This document shows positions 49,301 through 62,690 of a DNA stretch of 63,089 nt, in pieces (positions within the stretch are counted from its first letter, which is position 1; each line of letters opens with the position of its first letter). A program made the position numbers and the translations under genes. Origin of the DNA: Nemertoderma westbladi (Eukaryota > Animalia > Xenacoelomorpha); assembly GCA_032718475.1 (NCBI GenBank), contig JAUCBJ010002818.1:1-63089 (forward strand), read 5' to 3'. The notes beneath the pieces were generated by a model. That model ran no database searches, was not told the DNA's origin, and worked only from the letters and a program-made list of their open reading frames with translations.

Positions 49301-51084
49301 GATTTTTAAGTTGTTAATTAAGTCGTGTTTGCCTTCCTGTTTTTTTTCTGATAAATGATCTGTTTAATTTTGTATTGATTAATACAGAGTGCTTCTAAGT
49401 AAATCCCGTACTATAATTATAAAACAAAACGTCCTATAACGACTCAATATAACGCGTAGTAACCACTCCAATAAAGTAATAATGGAAAATAACATAGCTC
49501 TACGTAACTCCTGTGGTATCTACTTTATATTCTACCAAAATCAGACAACCAAAAAATATTATACGATATTATATTAAATTAAAAAAAATATACAATATTA
49601 TATTAAATTAAAAAAAATAATATATTATATTAAATTAAAAAAAATAATATATTATATTAAAATTATACGAATTAAAAACATCAACAAAGTTTGGTCTGAG
49701 GTCTAGAATAATATGTTCCAGGTATCAAATCAGAAAGAAATATCACAAACAATTTTACGAAGTGGCTGAATATTTGTATTTCATATATTTTTAATTTCAT
49801 TCCACTAGCGGTTGACTGGAGAACTGCCGACTTCTTGTAATAAACATAATTGACGTAAAAAGACGTCCACATACCTGTTGAGGTGTAAAAATAGACGTCA
49901 AATGCTTATAGGGATGTTTATATATGTTGACCTCTAGCGGGAGACTGTCGAACTGAAGAGGTCTAAATGTCTCTATAAATCTCTCATTTTGGCCCTATTC
50001 ATGAATTAAACTCGATAGCTTTAAATCCGATAAAGTTACTAGCATGTCAAAATCGTAACGCAGACGACAATAACGACAATATAATTATTTGACTAAATTG
50101 ACCCACCCTAACAGTGTGTGGCAGTCCGCTAAGTCTCCGTATACTTTGTGGCTCGCCCCACAACATCAGCCAATTGCCATCGCCAATCTAAAAACACATT
50201 TATTTTGTAAAATACCCAACGTCAACCCCCTAAAAATTATCTATTGTCAACATATGTATAGCATCACCATAATGTATTACAAATAATTTGGTTATTGTTG
50301 GTGTTAATTGTTACATCAAACTTCTCACAACATTTAATCAAACATGTAATTGAGCGCAACTTGAGTTTTTGAGTTTTTACTCTTAGCCCACGATATGTGA
50401 TGGGTGTGGGGGGGGGGGGGGTGGGACTAGATAAGTAAAGAAGATAAGTAAATGTGCCAGTACAAAATGATTGCGTTGCTGTTGAATTAAAAGTACAAAG
50501 TTCAAAGACAGACGGCAGGCGAATGAGTAATTATTACTTCCTTATTGATTGTGTTAGAAAATGCAAAGCGGCATATTTATATTATACATCACATGTTGGT
50601 TGAGTGCATTCTTCTGTCTGACATAAGTTAGTTGTATTAACTGTAAATACATCTATAGCTTTAATAATTACTTCAGTATTACATAGCCTAGATAATACAA
50701 TGGCATCCATCATATGGAATACAATGAAATCTCATCAAGTCATATTATAATAGGTCGGTCACTCTACTGGTTTTAAACAGTTTTATATTATTGCTATTAT
50801 ATTGTTTTGGTTAGAAACTCGAAACCATGTAACCTGCTCAACACACCTTTATTGTTTTGGTTATGGGGTAGTATCTTTTAGTTAGAAATCCCGCCGCTCT
50901 AACATCCCCCTTTCAATTGGTAGGTATCAACAAAGTAAATTGTTTGGTTAGAAAAGACAGCCGCTGCAACCTGCTCTTTTCCCTTAATTGGCAGTTTGCA
51001 TCAACGCTATTGTTTTGGAAAGATAAATCCGCCTCTGTAACCTACTCCTTTCCCTTAATTGTTAGGTAACAACATCGTTTATTG

Positions 51085-53995
51085 ATTCCTACATTCCCAC
51101 CGACCTTCCCATCTTCCTACATTCCCACTGACGTTCCCACATTTCCATCTTCCTACATTCCCACCCACCTTCCCATCAATCTCCCCACATTCCCATCCAC
51201 CTTCCCACATTCCCATATTGCTACATTCCCACCCACCTTCCATCATTCCCATCTTCCTACATTCCCACCCATCTTCCATTATTCCTACATTCACATCCAC
51301 CTTACCACTTTCCCATCCACCTTACCACTTTCCCATCCACTTTCCCATATTCCCACATTCCCATCCACCTTACCACATTCCCATACACCTTTCCACATTC
51401 CTATCTTCCCACATTCACATCTTCCTACAGTCCCACACCCTTCCCACCTTCCCATATTCCCATCCACCTCCCTCATTCCCATCTTCCTACATTCCCACCC
51501 ACCTTCACACATTCCCATATTGCTACATTCCCACCTTCCCACATTCCCACCGAACTTCCCATTAATCTTCCCACATACCCATCCACTTTCCCACATTCCA
51601 ACCGACCTTCCCACATTCCCATCTTCCTACATCCCCACCCACCCCCCACATTTCCATCGTCCTACATTCCCACCCATCTTCCATTATTCCTACATTCACA
51701 TCCACCTTACCACTTTCCCATCCACCTTACCACTTTCCCATCCACTTTCCCATATTCCCACATTCCCATCCACCTTACCACATTCCCATACACCTTTCCA
51801 CATTCCTATCTTCCCACATTCACATCTTCCTACAGTCCCACACCCTTCCCACCTTCCCATATTCCCATCCACCTTCCCTCATTCCCATCTTCCTACATTC
51901 CCACCCACCTTACACATTCCCATATTCCTACATTCCCACCTTCCCACATTCCCACCGAACTTCCCATTAATCTTCCCACATACCCATCCACTTTCCTACA
52001 TTCCAACCGACCTTCCCACATTCCCATCTTCCTACATTCCCACCGACGTTCCCACATTTCCATCTTCCTACATTCCCACCCACCTTCCCATTAATCTTTC
52101 CACATTACCATCCACCTTCCCACTTTCCCATCTTCCTACATTCCCACCGACGTTCCCACATTCCCATCTTCCTACATTCCCACCGACCTTCCCATTAATC
52201 TTCCTACATTCCCACCAACCTCTCCACATTCCCACCGACCTTTCCACATTCCCGTCTTCCTACATTCTCACCGACCTTTCCACATTCCCATTTTCCTACA
52301 TTCCCAACCACCTTCCTACATTCCCACCCATCTTCCTACATTCCCATCCACTTCCCCACATTCCCATCCACCTTCCCATATTCCCACATTCCCATCCACC
52401 TTACCACATTCCCATCGACCTTCCCATATTCCCATCTTCCCACATCCCATCCACCTTCCCACATTCCCACCCAACTTTCTACATTCCCAGCCATCTTCCC
52501 ACGTTCCCATCCACCTTCCCACATTCCGATCTTCATACATTCAACCCACATTCCCATCCACCTTACTACATACCCATCTTCCTACATTCCCACCTACTTC
52601 CCACATTCTCATCTTCCTACATTCCCACCCACCCACCTTCCCATATTCCCATCTTCCTACATTCCCATCCACCTTACCACATTCCCATCCACCTTCTCAC
52701 ATTCCATCTTCCCACATTCCCATCCAACTTCCCACATTCCCATCTTCCTACATTCCCATCCACCTTCCCATATTCCCATCCACATTACCACATTCCCACC
52801 CTCCTTCCCACATTCCCATTCACCTTCCCACATTACATCTTCCTACATTCCCACCACCTTCCCATATTCCTGCCCTCCTTCTCACATTCACATCCACCTT
52901 CCCACATCCCCATCTTTCCACATTCCCATCCACCTTACCATTTTCCCATCCACCTTCCCATATTCCCACATTCCTATCCACCTTACCACATTTCAATCGT
53001 CCTACATTCCCACCTTCCCACCCACCATCCCACATTCACATCTTCCTACATTCCCACCCACCTTCCCTTATTCCCACATTCCCATCCACCTTATCACTTT
53101 CCCACCCACCTTCCCATATTCCCACAAACCCATCCACGTAACTACATTCCCATCTTCCTACATTCCCACCTCCCCACCCCCCTTCCCACATTCCCATTCA
53201 CCTTCCCACATTACATCTTCCTACATTCCCACCACCTTCCCATATTCCTGCCCTCCTTCTCACATTCACATCCACCTTCCCACATCCCCATCTTTCCACA
53301 TTCCCATCCACCTTCCCACATTTCCATCCTATTCCCATCCATTTCCATTCCATTCATATACCATCTTCCTACATTCCCATATTCCTACATTCCCACCCAC
53401 CTTCCCTCATTCCCATCTTCCTACATTCTCATCTACTTTCCCACATTCCATCCAACTTCCCACATTCCCACCGAACTTCCCATTAATCTTCCCACAATCC
53501 CATCCACCTTCCCACATTCCCACCGACCTTCCCACATTCCCATCTTCCCACATTCCCACCGAACTTCCCACATTCTCATCTTCCTACATTCCCACCCACC
53601 TTCCCATTAATCTTCCCACATTCCCATCAACCTTCCCTCATTCCCATCTTCCAACTTTCCCACCCACCTTACCACATTCCCATCTTCTTTCATTCCCACC
53701 CACCTTCCCATTAATCTTCCCACATTCACATCCATGTTACCACTTTACCATCCACCTTCCCATATACCCACCCTCCTTACCACCCACCTTCCCACTTTCA
53801 CATCTCCCTACATTCCCACCCACCTTCCCACATTCCCATCCACCTTCCCACATTCCCATCCACCTTACCACATTCCCATCCACCTTACCATATTCCCACA
53901 TTCCCACCCACCTTCCCATATTACCATCTTCCCACATTCCACTTACCACATTCTTATCATCCTAAAAACACATTCCCACCCATCTTCCAACATTC
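51085..53995. repeat. strand-skewed degenerate satellite (ttcccacattcccatccacc-like)
   Basis: About 2.9 kb almost devoid of G on the + strand, with internal higher-order duplications. Confidence 0.95.
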
Positions 53996-56379
53996 CATAT
54001 GAGCTTTGAAAAGGTTTCAGTTTAAAGTTAATAAAATACAATATAACTGTTGTACTGTACCGTTGCTGTATCACCATGAAGTATCGATGAACCGGACTCT
54101 CTCGAACAATGAGCCAACTCCGTACTGGTCTCTACAAGAGTACCACATATTCGTTACTCGTAGACCTCTGATCTCCCATAAACATTTTAATAGTACTTGC
54201 CAAGGACAGCTCTACTAGTAAACTTACCAATACTCCAATGTTTAGGTTAGGCATACATGTACCGGTTCCGTCTGACAGTGTGAATTTAAAAATGTTTCAG
54301 TTCAAAATTAATAACTCACAATACCTTACAAAATGCAGAACAGTACACAATACTGCCATATTGCAGGTAGGCCTACCTGTTACATGAATACCTATAGAGT
54401 ACTACTGTATGAATTAACTGTACCACAACACCAACATGTACTTGCTGTTAGAATTCTTTCATATAGTTACTAGGAAAATCTATTTGCAATATAATTTAGA
54501 TAAATTTGATTGTCTGATCTTGGCAATTGGTCTTTTGAAATTGTTGAAGTATTTATAGCAGTTTTTTTTATTATTTTGGAATAATAATTATTCCTACCGT
54601 TGACTCATTCCTGTTTGGGGGCCTCCTTCCTGGTTCTCTCACATTTGAGACACAGTGACAAACACCTTTCCCCAGTTGCTATTTTTGGACCGATTTGTCT
54701 CAAATTTGAATTTCACACATACACTCTCTAACCTATGTTTAACTTCATAGAAAAAAAATGTTAAATTCGGGTAATTTTCCGCTTCGAGCAGCACGATTGA
54801 AAATCATGAGTTTATGGCTTCTTTATCGAAAAGTCAATTTTTGCCTGTTTTCAAATGTACACCATTTCGTTAATTTTCCTTCAATTTGCCGGAAAATCTA
54901 CAGACAGACACCCCAGACAGTCAGGTCTTGTATTTAATGTGGTATAAATTTTACGGCTGCACAGAGAACCTCCGGGAAGCACGTGAAAAAAACTGTATTT
55001 TCTAGAAAATACTTAACTTAATTTGACTAGGCCTACTGTCTGACTGTCAGTACCGCCCTGCCAGTACCAGACAACCGCACTACCGTTACCTACTGTTCAA
55101 TTGTACCCGCGGCACTGGGGGAGGAGAGGAAGAATGACAGTTTAAGTGCCTGAAACGATTAGCAGACATTTGGCGGATGTCATCCTGTCATCTGCAGCCG
55201 TCTTTCAGTGGTGGATAAGACACGATCTCGGTCCGTAAACACCCCCAACATGTTGTCGTTGCTCGATGGTAATGAAGCGAGATGACGCGAACGAGAAAGT
55301 AAAATTGCAATTGTTCCCATATAGCCTAGGTTTAGTTGGAATTGTGGCCCATACTTGTTGCATGTATTAATTATAATTTTTAGTTAATTTCTTACTTTTG
55401 AAATAATATAACTTTACATTGTAATTATGTTGTGAATTACTTTGCAGTAATTTGTTGTGGCGTTTCATACAGTAGTCCTACTAAGTATTATTCATGTTAT
55501 TAATAATTAATACATTTTTAGTAATAGTTTTTTTAGTTAGTTATGTACCTAATTTATAAGTATAGGCCTAAGTAATTTTTAATTAATCGATCATTTTTTA
55601 GTACGTTTTTTTAAGTCAAATTATTATTAAGGAATTATCAGATTATTGATTATTATATTACTGTAACTGTATTACAGTGCATATTTTTAGGAATTGTGGC
55701 ATTTTCGTACAATAATAAATCAATTTGCAGTTTGTCAGTTTGTGGCATTTATTAATAGTTAATTTGCGACTTTTAGAGTAGCCGTAACGCGACAGTAGCC
55801 GTAACGCGACGACACCCTATATAGTACTATGAATTGACGATGCCACAACACTTACTGTATTGGTGTTACTACGTAGTTAAATACACTACGAAAATCGATT
55901 TGCAATAACATTTTAGATAAATTAGATACCAGTAGGCCTACTCTGGCACCTACAAGGCCTCGGTACCAGTTGTGTGATCTTGGCGACGTTTGTGTATTAT
56001 TGTTGATGCATTTTTGCTACTTTAATTTGGAATAATTATTACAAACTCTTCCCACTATTTTTTTTACTAGTGAAATGTTGCTGTTAGGTGTAAAGATAAT
56101 AAATTAATTCCTGGAATGGCATTTTAACGAGAAAATTCGTAAATTGTGATATTAATTATGAGCGATGTTTTATTTCTTGAACGAAAAAATATAAAATTTT
56201 TATTTAAAACATTTTAATTTTTATATTTTTAAGTAAACTCCGGCTCCTGCTCTGTCTCCAGCCCAATTCCAACTCCTTCTAGGCTATTTATACCAGTAGG
56301 CCTACAGTATAGCATATATTTTATAACTAATTCTGATACTTTTGTACTTGAATATTAATTAATTAACTCAGATAAAGAA

Positions 56380-57735
56380 ATGGGAGCTGCTCTATCGGAT
56401 ATTATATGGCTGGGCGACCTCCAACATTTCCCGGATGGAGACAAGTTCCTGTACGCCGGTACCGAGGGCGTCGTTGTTTGCGATGCAACGAACCTCGGAA
56501 TTATCGGGCGGTACAAAGATGAGGATAAGAGACGAATAAACCGATGCGCTATATCAAGTGATGCCAAGAGAGTCGCGGGAACTGTCGTTAGTTATAACGG
56601 TGGGGGTGTAAATGTTTGGGATACGGAGAGTCGTGAGCTGTTGTTCCACGTCGCTCACAATGAACTCCGTATAAACTCGGAGTCTACAGAAACTATTCGG
56701 TTCGCTCTCACCTTCTCTCCATCGGACCCCAACGTTTTATCAACATGTTGTAATGATGGAACTTTATCCATCATTACAATAAATCCTTCCGGTACCGCAA
56801 CAGGTAATTTATTTACTCATAAAACTTGGGCGGCTCACAGTAACTGGGTAACCGACATTGTCTTCTATACAGATGGTTCTCAGGTAGTTAGCGGTTCCGA
56901 CGATGGGACCGCTAAACTCTGGGACCTCAAAGGGAACCTAATAAAGGTTCTTATGGAAGGGGAAAGGGAAGTCTGGTCGGTAGCGTTTAATACAGATGGT
57001 ACTAAACTGTTAATAGCGGGTCTCGTGTTCACTAAATGTATTTCCTTTATAACCGGTGCGGAATTATGGGAACAGAGTGTAGTAGGGACGGAGGTTAAAT
57101 GGGAACCTCGGGGTGGGAGGGTTGCTGTGCGGAGCCGGTTTATAGATGTTTCATCGTATATAAATTTATTCGATGGAGAAGGGAGGGTAATAAAGAAGTT
57201 TGTGGGTCGGCCGGGTGGGGAGGCGAACTGGTTCAATTCTATTAACTTCCACCCAAAAGGGAATTACCTACTGATTGGTTATAGAAAGGGAACTATTATT
57301 AAAATTAATATAAACCAAACCGATCAGATAGAACATATTAATGTAGGAGAAGTTAGTGAGAAAATAAAAGGGGCAAAAAAATGGGAAGAAATAGGGAAAT
57401 ACGTTGGGAAGGTGGGTCCGTTAGGGGAAGAAATACAACAAAAGGTTAGGGAATTATTGGTACCTTATAAACTCACAGAGGGACAATACGAATTGGCTTC
57501 TAAATTAGAATCAGAAGTTCTACTAATTTATTTATTAAGTAGATTTGTTATCACTGGGGATCAGATAGATATAATTAAAACATATCGGGGTCGGTTTGCA
57601 CAGAACAATGAACTTATTGAATTCCTTAAGAAACGGACCTACAAAGACTTTCTTACATTCTGTGACGGACTTAGGGAAACTAACCAAAAACACTTAGCTG
57701 AAATTATTGAAATAAAACCGCCTCTTCCTAAATAA
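56380..57735 (+). CDS. intronless WD40-repeat protein with C-terminal CARD/death-fold domain
   Basis: AHSNWVTDIVF...VVSGSDDGTAKLWD plus further degenerate WD repeats. The last ~90 aa (LLIYLLSRFVITGDQIDII...QNNELIEFLKKR...FLTFCDGLRETNQKHLAEII) fit the CARD pattern. AATAAA follows the stop. Confidence 0.75.
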   Translation: MGAALSDIIWLGDLQHFPDGDKFLYAGTEGVVVCDATNLGIIGRYKDEDKRRINRCAISSDAKRVAGTVVSYNGGGVNVWDTESRELLFHVAHNELRINSESTETIRFALTFSPSDPNVLSTCCNDGTLSIITINPSGTATGNLFTHKTWAAHSNWVTDIVFYTDGSQVVSGSDDGTAKLWDLKGNLIKVLMEGEREVWSVAFNTDGTKLLIAGLVFTKCISFITGAELWEQSVVGTEVKWEPRGGRVAVRSRFIDVSSYINLFDGEGRVIKKFVGRPGGEANWFNSINFHPKGNYLLIGYRKGTIIKININQTDQIEHINVGEVSEKIKGAKKWEEIGKYVGKVGPLGEEIQQKVRELLVPYKLTEGQYELASKLESEVLLIYLLSRFVITGDQIDIIKTYRGRFAQNNELIEFLKKRTYKDFLTFCDGLRETNQKHLAEIIEIKPPLPK

Positions 57736-58751
57736 ACAAGTGAAATTAATTAAAATAAAGTTATAGGATGAAAAAAAGTATTGGAAAGAGGAACTTTTAA
57801 TCTTTAGTTAAACTCACCGAATTTAAACTTTTTACTTTGGGAAAATATAAATAAAGTTAAAAATTAAACGTTACGATTTATGGAAATACATTTAGTGCTG
57901 TATTATTAATTAGTTAATTAATAATTAGTCTACCATCCATTGTTGTGTGTTTGTAACATATATTGTGTTGTTACATATAGTTTCTGAATCTTTGAATTAT
58001 ATTATTTAATTATCTTTTACAAATAGAATTACTTTTCTGTTTTATGAATCATTTCGTCTTAGAGATGAAACAGACAGGGGGGATTCGAGGCAATAAAAAT
58101 ACATCCCTCTCCAGGGGAAAATCTACACAAATAACAGCTGATTACTCCCACAAATACAACTGTAATCTGTGCTATTGTTTATTGTTTTGGTTATAATAAC
58201 GTGCCTCAGTAACCTGCTCCTCTAGGTGTCTCACCCCCTGTCTCAGCGAGAAAACATTGTCTATTAAATAATTAACTTTATTGTTAAACAATAATAGATT
58301 CTTTGGTTAAAAAGAGTTATTAATATATAATATACGTATAAACCCTATTGGTAATATAGTTATAAAATATATAGCCTTAGTAATTAATCTTGGTAATTCG
58401 GTTGAAATTAAAATTAACCTTTTGACAGACAAACTGTTCGGTAAATTATATTTTATAATTGTAGATTGGTTGGATACCTGGGAACGGCTGTGCAGATTTA
58501 CTAAACTGTTTAAGAGTCTAATTATTTTGTGCTTTTTGTATTTATTATATATCTGGATTTTAAATAATTCGAGTTAATTAAAATATGTCGGTTTGGTCTG
58601 TTTCTAATAGGATTATTACATTTTATTTATAATATAAACCACATTAAATATTAATTAATTACTATTAATTACTCTTGATAAACATTAAATAAACTTCGTG
58701 ACTTTATATACTTTTCTAGAAACAGTTAAATGTTCCCAAAATCTCTATAAT

Positions 58752-59590
58752 TGGCGTGCTGCATTGCAGCTGCATTAAGAATGCTATGCCGCAGGTCGAC
58801 ACTATTGCAGCGGCACAACTCTCTATCACAATGTCTTTCACGAGATTATCCACAAATAAAAAACCGAGTCTTCTTTACGAGTCATCTCAAGAAAGTCATA
58901 TGGGCTGTCCAACAGACTTATTGCTTATTCTCTACATGAGGCCGTCAATGCATAAGTTTGTGTGCAGGCTGGTCCTCACGGCCAGAGCTACAGTATAATA
59001 TTCTGTAGAGTGGACCTAATTTTAGGAAGCCAAATGACGTCACTCCCCAAAACAATGCCCATATGTAATATAGGGAAGCAAAGCATCTAACGATATGGGT
59101 ACAACATTGGTTCTGCATCGATTCTGTTCTTATCGACAAAATTGCACCGTCACAACTCCCTATCACCCATGACATTTGCTAGATCATCCGCATCTTCAAG
59201 GCCAGTGTCCTTTAAGATGCGTCTCAAGAAAGTCATGGGCTATCCACCATGCTTATTCACTCCATGAGGGCGCCAAAGTAGAAGATTATTTCCCATTCAT
59301 TTCTTTTCATTCATTCGCTTCTTTCATTCCCACCGACCTTCCCACATTCTCATCTTCCTACATTCCCACCGACCTTCCCATTAATCTTCCCACATTCCCA
59401 TCAACCTTCCCACATTCCCATCTTCCTACCTTCCCACCCACCTTACCACATTCCCATCTTCTTTCATTCCCATCCACCTTCCCACATTCCCATCCACCTT
59501 ACAACCATGCTCCACCACGCTTATTCACTCCATGAGGGCGCCAAAGTAGAAGATTATGCACTGGCTGGTCCTCACGGCGAAAGCAATGTC
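58752..59590 (-). mobile_element. scrambled antisense 3' fragments of the same RTE family
   Basis: 58752-58790, 59156-59289 and 59511-59590 are reverse complements of parts of 10620-10858. Confidence 0.8.
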
Positions 59591-60729
59591 AGTAGTAGGG
59601 TCTTGGCCGGCTCTGCGACAGTTGGACCTCACTGACACCCATTGGGTGTCATATGACACCCAATTATCACCCTATGGGTGTCATTGGGTGTCATTGGCGC
59701 CAGACTGTCTGGGTGACACCTCCCAATTAGGCTAATTAGACCCTAATTGACAGGTGTCATCAATTAATTAGTACAATTAAACCCCAACAGGTGTCTTATG
59801 ACTCCTAATTAGGGTTTAATTGATTATCCTAATTAATCAGACTGATTAGCGCCCTGACACACAATGGGTCATCAGTGAGGTCCAACTGTCGCAGAGCCGG
59901 CTCAAGAGGGTGTCATAAGTGACACCGCAGCTCTTTTATTCATTAATATCTATTTATTTATATTTAATTTTAATTAATTATTTGCATTTTATTTTATTCG
60001 TATTTAATTCTAAATTAATTATTCATTTGTACTTTATGGGTATACAGCTCCCTTACTGGTAACTAATTACTCTTATCTATATCCAGACAGCTTTATCGTT
60101 GACCTTTGACCTTTGACCCCCCAATTAGCTTTAACCAAGCAACAGCATATTAATGATAGTTGTATCCAAGCGCCCCTGCCCCCACCCCGTGACAGCTCTG
60201 ATTACTAATTACTCTTACCTATATCCAACCGCCTGCAGTTCCATAGTCTGCCGCTAGAGGGCGTATTATCTGAAAATTAACATCTTCTCTAACTTTGTTA
60301 TTTTCAATTTAACTATTTATTTATATTTAATTTTAATTAATTATTTGTATTCTATTTGACTTTATTTATTCATTTGTACTTTATTTTAAATTGATTAATT
60401 ATATATATTACTTTTACTTTATACATTGATTTTTAATTTTAGATTAATTAGTTTTTATATTACCAATGAGATCACTAGTTCTAAGGGGCGAGCCATGAGG
60501 CAAGATGTTTGAGACTTATTTAGATATATTATTACTTAATTTGACCCCCCAATCGGCATCTACTATGGCATAGGCTATATCTTTTGCAGAGTCACAGAGT
60601 AGTATGAAGTTCCCCAGTCTGCCGCTAGAGGGCTTAATGTCTCAAAGTGAAAACCATACGGTAGCCATGAATTGGTTACTAGGCAATAATACTGCATTTT
60701 GCAACGTTAGCCCTATTGCTGACCGAACG

Positions 60730-60813
60730 AAAACTGCCCTGGTTCATGCAGGGTTCGAACCCATGACATACGGGAGATGTGAATTCAACGCAACCACTAC
60801 ACCAAAGTGGAAC
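60730..60813 (-). ncRNA. Pol III (type 2)-like small RNA cassette
   Basis: A box TGGTGTAGTGG, B box GGTTCGAACCC, TTTT terminator at 60733-60730. The 5' CUGUUC can pair with the 3' GGGCAG. Confidence 0.45.
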
Positions 60814-60876
60814 AGTAACCGTCGAATTTGTTCGTTGACGTTCGAATTTGTAAGACTCTCATTTAAGACCTGACAC

Positions 60877-61235
60877 AGACTATGCCTCACTGAGGCATAG
60901 ACTATGACTCAGTGAGGCATAGACTATGACTCACTGAGGCATAGACTATGTCTCATTGAGGCACTGAGGCATAGACTATGACTCACTGAGGCATAGACTA
61001 TGCCTCACTGAGGCATAGACTATGCCTCACTGAGGCATAGACTATGCCTCACTGAGGCATAGACTATCCCTCACTGAGGCACTGAGGCGTAGACTATGCC
61101 TCATTGAGGCATAGACTATGCCTCACTGAGGCATAGACTATGCCTCACTGAGGCATAGACTATGTCTCACTGGGGCACTGAGGCATAGACTATGCCTCAC
61201 TGAGGCATAGACTATGCCTCACTGAGGCATAGTCT
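60877..61235. repeat. 22-bp palindromic minisatellite (agactatgcctcactgaggcat), ~16 copies
   Basis: Directly visible. The final unit is a 13-bp-stem hairpin at 61209-61235. Confidence 0.9.
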
Positions 61236-61237
61236 AA

Positions 61238-62467
61238 TCACTGAGAGTGATTGGGGATCGTAATCTGCTTTGGTTTGAAAGCAAATTGTATAGCCATAGC
61301 CTTGAATCTGATTAGAGCCTCGCGCGCTTGAATTGTGTTAGCTATAGTAAAGGATTCGTTAAATTTTCTCTCGGTTATCTGTAAATCAATTTCTGAATCA
61401 CTGATACAACTTTGTATCGATATTCGCTCGGAAATGTTGTCTTTGTAGACGTTAAGTTCATCGTAGCAGACACATTCACTATCCTCGATGGTTGAATCGA
61501 ACCATTTCAATTCGCCGACCTCGGTTGGTGTAAGAAGAATCATGCCCCTAGAAGAAACAATAGCCTTTCCATCGTCAACCCTGTAGCCATTGGTGATCGC
61601 TAAATTGCGCTCGTTCCGAATATTTGTAACAAACCCAAAAGTGCAATAGTCAAAAGCAACCCAATTGCCCGGTTTTAGGACAAGGTGAGTAGTAGGATTA
61701 ATAAAAGGGCGACAGATGTTTACATATTGTTGAAATAAATTGGCGCAGGCGACGGAAAATGTGATCCATGAACTGTTTACAGTGTCTTCCAGCTTTATTA
61801 ACTCGAGTGGATTCACTGGGTTAATACTTCCATAGGTGCCAACTCTATAATTGAATCCAAAGTAATAGGAGACTTTATTGGCGAAAAAGCATGTGAGCTC
61901 ATTCAATTTCTCGCCGAAAGCGAGAACATCCTTATCGAAAAGTTTAAAGAAACGAGTCTCCTCTTCCTCGGTCGGAGTCGACGAGTTCCAGATGAGAAGA
62001 AGAATCGAGTTTGCGATACTATGAAAATCAAATAAGCGATCATCGGAGAAGAAGGAGGTTACGAGAGTGGTTAAACCCAGTAGACGATTTGCCACATCTT
62101 GGTTGATGTTTTCTCGAATGAAATCGACTATACTAGTTGGAATCGTAAACGTTTCGGGCGAAGTAGTTAGATTGAACGTTATTTTGTTGGCCCTTTTTAA
62201 AAGTTTGAAACCGTGGTTGGAGGAATGAAGTTTATTATCGTCGAGGGTTTGATATTGTCCATCGCGAAGTTCGTAGCAGGCGCGGAAAATAAAGTGCGCG
62301 TAGTTTGCCGGAATCGGGATGGGTTGGTTTAAGGTTGTATTTATCGTTAACGGGAAGAGTTTGTTCGCCGGATCGAAATATAGACCAAACGAGTTGTCTT
62401 GTAGCATAAACTGATTTTCGTTGCAAACCAGATCGTTGCTTGAATAGCTGATTTCTGAATGTGCCAT
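61238..62467 (-). CDS. intact intronless 409-aa protein of unknown function
   Basis: Long ORF with normal globular composition, a good start context (ACGATGG) and an upstream promoter. No motif recognised. Confidence 0.7.
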   Translation of the reverse strand: MAHSEISYSSNDLVCNENQFMLQDNSFGLYFDPANKLFPLTINTTLNQPIPIPANYAHFIFRACYELRDGQYQTLDDNKLHSSNHGFKLLKRANKITFNLTTSPETFTIPTSIVDFIRENINQDVANRLLGLTTLVTSFFSDDRLFDFHSIANSILLLIWNSSTPTEEEETRFFKLFDKDVLAFGEKLNELTCFFANKVSYYFGFNYRVGTYGSINPVNPLELIKLEDTVNSSWITFSVACANLFQQYVNICRPFINPTTHLVLKPGNWVAFDYCTFGFVTNIRNERNLAITNGYRVDDGKAIVSSRGMILLTPTEVGELKWFDSTIEDSECVCYDELNVYKDNISERISIQSCISDSEIDLQITERKFNESFTIANTIQAREALIRFKAMAIQFAFKPKQITIPNHSQ

Positions 62468-62585
62468 CGTGATTGTGTACCGGTAACTCGTTTAGGAAAT
62501 AAAAATAAATAAATACTTTTACGAAAATAATTAAAACTTTTCAGGAAAACAAAGAGACAATGATTGGGAATGTGGTGAACGGGGG

Positions 62586-62690
62586 CTATTATAGAGGGGG
62601 CTAGAATGGGTTAGCCAATCAGGGAACAGGAGGGAGAAAAGACTGTATAATTAAACCAATCAGAGAGCAGCTTTGATGACGTCACATCAG
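62586..62690 (-). promoter_or_regulatory. compact Pol II promoter for the 409-aa ORF
   Basis: TATAATA (- strand, ~62587-62593), CCAAT boxes at ~62614 and ~62656, CRE TGACGTCA at 62677-62684. Confidence 0.55.

Noticed and set aside
51082-53610. 842-aa Pro/His/Ser-rich ORF
   Set aside because: Artefact of a G-depleted satellite strand that cannot form TGA/TAG stops. Non-ATG start.
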